17,432 nucleotides of DNA from Octopus sinensis. Lineage: Eukaryota. The stretch is from contig NW_021824860.1 of the NCBI RefSeq assembly GCF_006345805.1, positions 1-17,432 of the forward strand, written 5' to 3'. The notes beneath the pieces are model-generated. The model worked only from the letters and a program-made list of their open reading frames with translations. It did not search any database and was not told the DNA's origin. This document shows positions 17,399 through 17,432 of this stretch, one piece after another. The position numbers were made by a program, and so were the translations under genes. The stretch's first letter is position 1, and the number at the start of each line of letters is the position of its first letter.

Positions 17399-17432
17399 TT
17401 TATTGCTCACAACGATCGTTTCGACGCATCCT
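17399..17432 (-). ncRNA. Possible 3' half of a minimal hammerhead ribozyme cut by the window edge, followed by AATAAA
   Basis: Minus strand ...gcgtc GAAA CGATCG TT gtgagc AATAAA; the CUGANGA half would lie beyond 17432. Confidence 0.4.

Noticed and set aside
1-17432. CRISPR array, rRNA, prokaryotic operon or defence system
   Set aside because: No repeat-spacer periodicity with unique spacers, no rRNA-like sequence and no gene-dense organisation; the recurring repeats are dispersed SINEs.

Overview
No intact host protein-coding gene is supported. The window looks like microsatellite- and retroelement-dense intergenic or intronic DNA of an animal, most likely an octopus; this is inferred from the tRNA-derived SINE families, which resemble the described octopus OR/CORE-type SINEs, and is not proven. 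Nearly all ORFs in the track are translations of simple repeats. It holds about 11 units of one tRNA/CORE-like SINE family (family A, with two alternative 3' tails, including two direct-repeat-flanked dimers) and three copies of a second SINE (family B, with an internal microsatellite). It also holds a decayed CR1-group LINE 3' fragment whose terminus matches the family-B tail, and a short R4/Dong-type LINE 3' end between (TAA)n tracts. A 5'-truncated Penelope-like element (PLE) on the minus strand (~11305-13033) has an RT C-terminus, a Cys linker, an unusual split GIY-YIG region, an internal template-switch-type inverted duplication and a hammerhead-ribozyme-like motif in its 3' region. A second ~270-bp fold-back palindrome and several further hammerhead-like relics are present. 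All alignments and counts were done by eye.
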